Both the position numbers and the translations under genes were made by a program. The notes beneath the pieces were generated by a model. That model was given only the letters and a program-made list of their open reading frames with translations. It had not been told where the DNA came from and searched no databases. Below are positions 58,991 through 64,000 of a DNA stretch of 64,000 nucleotides, in pieces. The DNA is from Bacteroidota bacterium (GTDB taxonomy: Bacteria; Bacteroidota; Bacteroidia; Bacteroidales; Rikenellaceae), in NCBI GenBank assembly GCA_023443765.1, contig JAEZTA010000002.1, positions 2,056 through 66,055 of the forward strand, read 5' to 3'. Positions within the stretch are counted from its first letter, which is position 1. Every line of letters starts with the position of its first letter.

Positions 58991-60373
58991 TTACAATATC
59001 TTCTTCACCCACCGGAAACCTTTGTAGGGCGGGTAGCGGAACGGCAGGTCGAAGCGCATCGGGGACGAGACGACGGCCCGGCGGTGGGAGAAGGCATCGA
59101 AGCTGTCGCGGCCGTGGTAGCGGCCCATGCCCGAGTTGCCCACGCCGCCGAAGGGCAGGTTGTCGTTGGCGATGTGCATGATTACGTCGTTGAGGCACGC
59201 TCCGCCCGAGGAGGTGTGCAACAGGACTTTGCGGCCTGTCTCTTCCGGCCCGAAGTAGTAGAGCGCCAGCGGTTTTTCGCGGTCGTTGACGAAGGCCACG
59301 GCCTGGTCGGTGTCGTCGAAGGGAAGCATCGGCAGCACGGGACCGAAAATCTCCTCCTGCATCACGGGCGATGCGGGGTCCACGTCGGTGAGCAATGTCG
59401 GTTCGATGTAGCGGTCGGCGGCGTCCGTGCGGCCGCCGATGCGGATTTTCCCCTGGGCGAGGTAGCCCGCGACGCGTTCGAAGGCGCGGTCGTTGACCAG
59501 CCGGACGTAGCAGGGGCTTTGCTGCGCGTCGTCGCCGTGGAGTTCCCGCAGGGCGCGGGCGAAAGCCTCGGTGAAGGGTTCCTGCAACGAACGGTGGATC
59601 AGCAGGTAGTCGGGGGCGATGCAGGTTTGTCCGGCGTTGAGGGTTTTGCCCCAGGCGATGCGGCGTGCGGCGGTCGCGATGTCGGCCCCGCGGTCGACGA
59701 TGCAGGGGCTTTTGCCGCCCAGTTCCAGTACGACGGGCGTCAGGTTGCGGGCTGCGGCGGCCATCACGGTGCGTCCCAGCGCGGGGCTTCCCGTGAAGAA
59801 GATCACGTCCCAGCGCAGGTCGAACAGTTGGGTGTTGACATCCCGGTCGCCCTGCACGACGGCGACGTACTGTTCGTCGAAAATCTCGGTGATCAGTCCT
59901 TCGATGGTTTTTGCGACATGGGGCGTATAGGGCGAGGGTTTCAGCAGAGCCGTGCAGCCCGAGGAGATGGCTCCGACCAGCGGGTTCAGCAGCAGTTGCA
60001 CCGGGTAGTTCCACGGGGCGACGATGAGCGCCTGCCCGAGCGGTTCGGAGACGATCCGGCTTTTCGACGGCCAAAGTTTGAGCGGCGTGGGGTGCGGTTC
60101 GGGGCGCATCCACGTTTGCAGGTGGCGCAGGTGGTTGCGGACTTCGCCCCGGACGATGCTGATTTCGGTGAGGTAAGCCTCCTCGGGGGATTTCCGCAGG
60201 TCGAGCCACAGGGCGTCGCAGAGGCGTTTTTCCCAGTTGGTGAGGGCCGCCTCGAAACGCCGGAGCATCGTGCGGCGGAACGCTTCGGGAAGTGTCGCTC
60301 CCGAGCGGAAATAGGCTTTCTGGGCCGCTGCAAGGGTTGCAATGCGTGCGGCAGGGGTGTTTTCGAGGGGCAT
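58991..60373 (-). CDS. NAD(P)-dependent aldehyde dehydrogenase (ALDH3/YwdH-like; start 60373 or 60379)
   Basis: PWNYP, FFTGS, LELGGKSP, NAGQTCIAPDY, EEIFGP, PFGGVGNSGMG. Confidence 0.95.
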   Translation of the reverse strand: MPLENTPAARIATLAAAQKAYFRSGATLPEAFRRTMLRRFEAALTNWEKRLCDALWLDLRKSPEEAYLTEISIVRGEVRNHLRHLQTWMRPEPHPTPLKLWPSKSRIVSEPLGQALIVAPWNYPVQLLLNPLVGAISSGCTALLKPSPYTPHVAKTIEGLITEIFDEQYVAVVQGDRDVNTQLFDLRWDVIFFTGSPALGRTVMAAAARNLTPVVLELGGKSPCIVDRGADIATAARRIAWGKTLNAGQTCIAPDYLLIHRSLQEPFTEAFARALRELHGDDAQQSPCYVRLVNDRAFERVAGYLAQGKIRIGGRTDAADRYIEPTLLTDVDPASPVMQEEIFGPVLPMLPFDDTDQAVAFVNDREKPLALYYFGPEETGRKVLLHTSSGGACLNDVIMHIANDNLPFGGVGNSGMGRYHGRDSFDAFSHRRAVVSSPMRFDLPFRYPPYKGFRWVKKIL

Positions 60374-60513
60374 AGGCATGTGTATAACGTGAATCCGGCA
60401 AACGCAGCGGTCGGATAATCCGTAGATTGCGTCCTGCCGGACTCCGGTTGTCCGGGCTTTGCCGAACCGTTGCAAAGCCGCTGCCACACTCCGTGGCGCG
60501 GTGTGGCGGCGGG

Positions 60514-61539
60514 TTATTTCTCGCGGAAAATGTTGAGGTGCGCCAGCAACGGGTTGCGGCGGTCGAGTACGACGAATTCCAGGAGTAACAGGACCAGTGC
60601 AGCGATGAGCAGGTATTGATACTGTTCGTTGAACTCCTCGAAGCGGACCATCGAAAGCTCAGTCTGCTCCATCTCGTTGATCGCCTTGACGACCTCTTCG
60701 AGGCCGATCGACTGTTTCGACGAGCGGACGTAAACCCCGCCCGTGATGTCGGCGATCTTGGCCAGCATCTCCTCGTTGAGTTTCGAGACGACCATTTCGC
60801 CGTTTTCGTCCTTGATGAATTCGCCGCCGATCTGAATCGGGGCGCCTTCGGGCGTACCGATGCCGATGGTGAAGATTTTGACACCCATCTGGGCGGCGCG
60901 TTCGGCGACGGTGATGGCGTCGTCGTCGTGGTTCTCACCGTCGGTGATCAGGATGATCACGCGGCCGTGGCTTTGCTCCGTGTCGCCCGAGAAGGACAGC
61001 AGGGCCTGTTCCAGCGCCTTGCCGATGGCCGTGCCCTGCACCGAGACCAGCGACGGGTCGATCCGCCGCGCGAAGGCCCGCGCCATGCGGTAGTCCGAGG
61101 TGATCGGCAGCTGGACTTTGGGTTCGCCTGCGAAGACGACCAGTCCCACGCGGTCCTGCTGCAGGCCTTCGAAGAGTTTGCCGATGGCGTATTTGGTCCG
61201 TTCGAGGCGGTTGGGCTGGAAGTCCTCGGCCAGCATCGAGTTCGAAACATCGACCGTGAGCATCATTTCGATGCCCTGAGCCTTCTCTTCGCGGAGTTTC
61301 GAGCCGAACTGCGGGCGTGCTGCGGCCAGCACGACCAGCGTCACGGCGCAGCAGAAAAGGATGAACCGGAAGGCGACGCGCCCGGTCGAGACTTCGGGCA
61401 TCAGCTCCTCCAGGATGCCAGGATGGCCGAAACGCGCAAGCCGTTTGCGGCGGTTGCGTGCCGCCAGCCAGTAGAGCGCGATGAGCGCCGGAACGGCCAG
61501 CAGGAGCCAGAGATATTGTGGATTTGCGAAACGGAACAT
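60514..61539 (-). CDS. batB: BatB von Willebrand factor A domain protein
   Basis: MFRFANPQYLWLL, LAAARPQFG, DVSNSM (MIDAS), PNRLER, ITDGENH. Confidence 0.9.
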   Translation of the reverse strand: MFRFANPQYLWLLLAVPALIALYWLAARNRRKRLARFGHPGILEELMPEVSTGRVAFRFILFCCAVTLVVLAAARPQFGSKLREEKAQGIEMMLTVDVSNSMLAEDFQPNRLERTKYAIGKLFEGLQQDRVGLVVFAGEPKVQLPITSDYRMARAFARRIDPSLVSVQGTAIGKALEQALLSFSGDTEQSHGRVIILITDGENHDDDAITVAERAAQMGVKIFTIGIGTPEGAPIQIGGEFIKDENGEMVVSKLNEEMLAKIADITGGVYVRSSKQSIGLEEVVKAINEMEQTELSMVRFEEFNEQYQYLLIAALVLLLLEFVVLDRRNPLLAHLNIFREK

Positions 61540-61552
61540 GGGAAATTTCTTT

Positions 61553-62539
61553 TTACGGAATGCGTTTGAGAACGAGGTTCGAGAGCAGGAATTCGGCGAG
61601 CAGCAATCCCAGCGCGGCGAGCGCCCAGACGAGGAACAGCTCGTGGTAGGAGATGTGCTCGGTCACTTCGATCTTGCTCTTTTCGAGTTGGTTGATCTCC
61701 TCGTAAACGGCTTTCAGCTTGTCTTTGTCCGTGGCCCGGAAGTAACGACCGCCGGTCATGTCGGAGATGGCTTGCAGCACCTTCTCGTCGATTTCGACCT
61801 TCTGGTTGACGAACGTGAGGTTGCCGAACATGTCGATGGCCGGGTAGGGGGCCATGCCCTCGGTTCCCACGCCGATCGTGTAGACGCGGATGCCCTGCGC
61901 CTTGGCGATTTCGGCGGCGGTTATCGGAGCGATCTGGCCCTGGTTATTCACGCCGTCGGTCAAGAGGATGATGACCTTCGATTTGGCATCGCTCTCGCGC
62001 AGGCGGTTGATGGCCGTCGCGAGGCCGTTGCCGATGGCCGTGCCGTCCTCGATCAGGCCGCTGCGGATGCGGGCCAGAAGGGTTTGGAGCGTACTTTGGT
62101 CGGTGGTCAGGGGGCTTTGCGTGAAAGCCTCGCCGGCGAACGCCACCAGGCCGATGCGGTCGCCGTAGCGGTCGGCGATGAACGATCCGGCGACCTCCTT
62201 GGCCGCCGTGATGCGGTCGGGCTTGAAGTCGCGGGCCAGCATCGAGCCCGAAACGTCGATGGCCAGCATGATGTCGATGCCTTCGGCGTTCGAACGGACG
62301 TTCTGTTCGACATCCTGCGGACGCGCCAGCGCCACGACGAGCAGTGCGAAAGCCGCTGCGCGCAGCACGAAAGGCAGGTGGCGCAGGTAGTAGCGCACGG
62401 TCCGGGGCGCGCGCACGACGCCGGCGACGCTCGAAATCTGGATCGAAGCCCCGCCCTGCAACGCACGCCAGACGTAGTAGCCGATCATCGGCACGAGCAG
62501 CGTCAGCAGCCAGAGGTAATATGGTGAGTTAAAGTGCAT
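61553..62539 (-). CDS. batA: BatA von Willebrand factor A domain protein
   Basis: ALARPQ, GIDIMLAIDVSGSM, GTAIGNGLA, LLTDGVNN, TGGRYFRA. Confidence 0.92.
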   Translation of the reverse strand: MHFNSPYYLWLLTLLVPMIGYYVWRALQGGASIQISSVAGVVRAPRTVRYYLRHLPFVLRAAAFALLVVALARPQDVEQNVRSNAEGIDIMLAIDVSGSMLARDFKPDRITAAKEVAGSFIADRYGDRIGLVAFAGEAFTQSPLTTDQSTLQTLLARIRSGLIEDGTAIGNGLATAINRLRESDAKSKVIILLTDGVNNQGQIAPITAAEIAKAQGIRVYTIGVGTEGMAPYPAIDMFGNLTFVNQKVEIDEKVLQAISDMTGGRYFRATDKDKLKAVYEEINQLEKSKIEVTEHISYHELFLVWALAALGLLLAEFLLSNLVLKRIP

Positions 62540-62545
62540 AAATGT

Positions 62546-62577
62546 AATTCATAATTCAAAATTCAGAATTCATAATT
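62546..62577 (+). repeat. Left heptamer array (AATTCAN x4.5)
   Basis: AATTCAT AATTCAA AATTCAG AATTCAT AATT; contains the stop codon of the four-helix gene. Confidence 0.92.
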
Positions 62578-62932
62578 GGGAATTGTCCTTTGTCGTTTTG
62601 ACAATGCTCATCAAGAGTTTGGTCAATTCTCTGCAATCGGCGAAGATGCTTTCGAATTCTTTGTCGGTAATGTAATCCGTTTTATATAAAAGTTCCAGCC
62701 AATATTCTGTTTCATAAATCTCTTTGAGTGAAATGTTCATCTTGGCAATAAAATCCTGCCGGGTTTGGCCTCGCAATGCTTCCCGGATATTTGCTCCGAC
62801 GCTTGTGCCGCTTTTGAGCAACTGTTTGGAAAGAACGAACTCCAGCCTTTCTTTGACCAGATATTGATATAACCGGACAATACGGATGGCAAACGACAGG
62901 CTTTTGCTTTGTACGATATTATCTGTTTTCAT
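62570..62932 (-). CDS. Four-helix-bundle protein (23S rRNA IVS-encoded protein / TIGR02436-like)
   Basis: KSLSFAIRIV, LSKQLLKSGTSVGANIREA, DFIAKMNISLKE..ETEYWLELL; clearly more AT-rich than its neighbours. Confidence 0.92.
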   Translation of the reverse strand: MKTDNIVQSKSLSFAIRIVRLYQYLVKERLEFVLSKQLLKSGTSVGANIREALRGQTRQDFIAKMNISLKEIYETEYWLELLYKTDYITDKEFESIFADCRELTKLLMSIVKTTKDNSQL

Positions 62933-62933
62933 C

Positions 62934-62965
62934 AATTCTGAATTTTGAATTCTGAATTCTGAATT
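62934..62965 (-). repeat. Right heptamer array, inverted relative to the left array
   Basis: + strand AATTCTG AATTTTG AATTCTG AATTCTG AATT; reverse complement AATTCAG AATTCAG AATTCAA AATTCAG AATT. Confidence 0.92.
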
Positions 62966-62971
62966 GGAAAA

Positions 62972-63754
62972 CTACCAGTTTTTCTTTCCGCGGACCACGA
63001 CGCCCTGTTTTTCCTTGAGTTTCTCCTGGGTCTTGTCCTCCTGACCCTGGATGGCGTCGAGCATCTGTTGCTGTTCCTGCGGCGAGATGCCCGAAGGCGT
63101 CGGCTGGCCCTGCTGGTCGCCTTTGCCCTCCTTGTCGCCCTGCGAGGGGTTCTGCTGCTGGTCCTGGTCACCCTTCTGGTCGTTCGGATTGCCTTTCTGG
63201 TCCTTCTGGTCGCCCTTCTGATCGGGGTTTTGCTGGCCCTTGTCGTTCTGGTCCTTGTTCTGGTCTTTGTCCTGATCCTTCTTGTCGTCGCCGCCTCCGC
63301 CACCGCCGCCGTCCTTGTTCTGGTCGAGCAGCCGTTTGGTGTAGGCGTAGTTGTACTTGGCCTCCATGTCCGAGGGGTTCAGGCGCAGCGACTGCTTGTA
63401 GCTTTCGAGGGCCTCCTTATACTTCTGTTGCTTGAACTGGGCGTTGCCGAGGTTGTAGAACGCCTCGGCGCGCTCCGTGTCCGCACGCAGCGAGTCGGCC
63501 GCAGCCTGCTGCATGGTCTGCTCGGCGCGGTCGAACCGTTCGGCCTTGTAGAGGGCGTTGCCGAGGTTATAGGTCGCCTCGAACTGTCCCGCAACTGCCT
63601 GCAGGGCCTGCTCGTAGCGGCCGATGGCCTGCTCGTAGTTGCCCTTGTTGTACTGCCGGTTGCCCTTGCGCACCAGCGAACGCTCGGGCAGCTCCTGGGC
63701 TTGCGCCCCGGCGGCGACAAAGAGAAACAGAATGATATAGAGTAACTTGTACAT
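62972..63754 (-). CDS. batC: BatC TPR-repeat protein
   Basis: YNLGNA TPR repeats, YKQSLRLNP, Q/D/K-rich linker, C-terminal QQMLDAI..EDKTQ..KNW. Confidence 0.9.
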   Translation of the reverse strand: MYKLLYIILFLFVAAGAQAQELPERSLVRKGNRQYNKGNYEQAIGRYEQALQAVAGQFEATYNLGNALYKAERFDRAEQTMQQAAADSLRADTERAEAFYNLGNAQFKQQKYKEALESYKQSLRLNPSDMEAKYNYAYTKRLLDQNKDGGGGGGGDDKKDQDKDQNKDQNDKGQQNPDQKGDQKDQKGNPNDQKGDQDQQQNPSQGDKEGKGDQQGQPTPSGISPQEQQQMLDAIQGQEDKTQEKLKEKQGVVVRGKKNW

Positions 63755-63765
63755 CGTTGTTGCGT

Positions 63766-64000
63766 TTAGTTTTCCTTCGGAGCCTCTTCCTCATCGGGAG
63801 TCTCCTCTCCGACGGGTTTGGTTTCCTCGACGAAGTAGTATGCCTTCAGGTAGTCGGCCTCGTTCTGCTCGGCCTCGGGCGTCGCCTTGGCGAATTTCAC
63901 CAGGTCGGCATCGCGCAGGATCGCCGTCAGGTCCATCCGGGCTTTGTCGGGCAGCTCTTCCGTGCGCATCGTCTCGATGATCTCGTCGGAGGTCATCTCC
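63766..64000 (-). CDS. 3' end of a conserved hypothetical protein of the bat/moxR operon (truncated)
   Basis: EMTSDEI...ADLVKFAK motif typical of the gene that precedes batA in Bacteroidales. Confidence 0.7.
   Translation of the reverse strand, partial: EMTSDEIIETMRTEELPDKARMDLTAILRDADLVKFAKATPEAEQNEADYLKAYYFVEETKPVGEETPDEEEAPKEN

Noticed and set aside
58786..59181. ORFs overlapping 58.6-59.0 kb, including the 3' end of the 690-aa ORF 58866-60938
   Set aside because: Region is explained by RNase P RNA, ALDH and batB; these are alternative frames with low-complexity R/P content
62546..62965. Heptamer arrays as a CRISPR array, or the gene as part of a DGR
   Set aside because: No spacers, no cas genes, no reverse transcriptase and no TR/VR pair seen in the window
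63068..63320. Repetitive DNA within batC
   Set aside because: Encodes the usual Q/D/K-rich low-complexity linker of BatC, not a separate element

Overview
GC-rich Bacteroidota chromosomal window, most consistent with Alistipes/Rikenellaceae (inferred from gene content, codon style and TAnnTTTG promoters). Left to right it holds: (1) the 3' part of a PUL (SusC/SusD, three surface lipoproteins, GH20); (2) a XylR-type regulator divergent from a second PUL that mixes glycosidases (GH92, GH63/MGH1-like, GH20) with four phosphoesterases, a ROK kinase and its own SusC/SusD, with a shared operator before both transcription units; (3) a GH36 and an outer-membrane barrel protein; (4) a TonB receptor/lipoprotein/barrel triad near S46 and M16 peptidases and a 4Fe-4S membrane protein; (5) GH97, a second barrel paralog, the anaerobic sulfatase maturase, a DHA2 MFS pump, an Ig/Calx-beta lipoprotein, RNase P RNA, an aldehyde dehydrogenase and a rearranged bat operon. 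The two strongest unusual signals are an AT-rich four-helix-bundle gene inside the bat operon bracketed by inverted arrays of 7-bp repeats (IVS-like cassette), and a leader peptide + C9 tract + intrinsic terminator ahead of a surface lipoprotein that looks like a phase-variable attenuator. Family assignments come from motif recognition only; no database searches were run.
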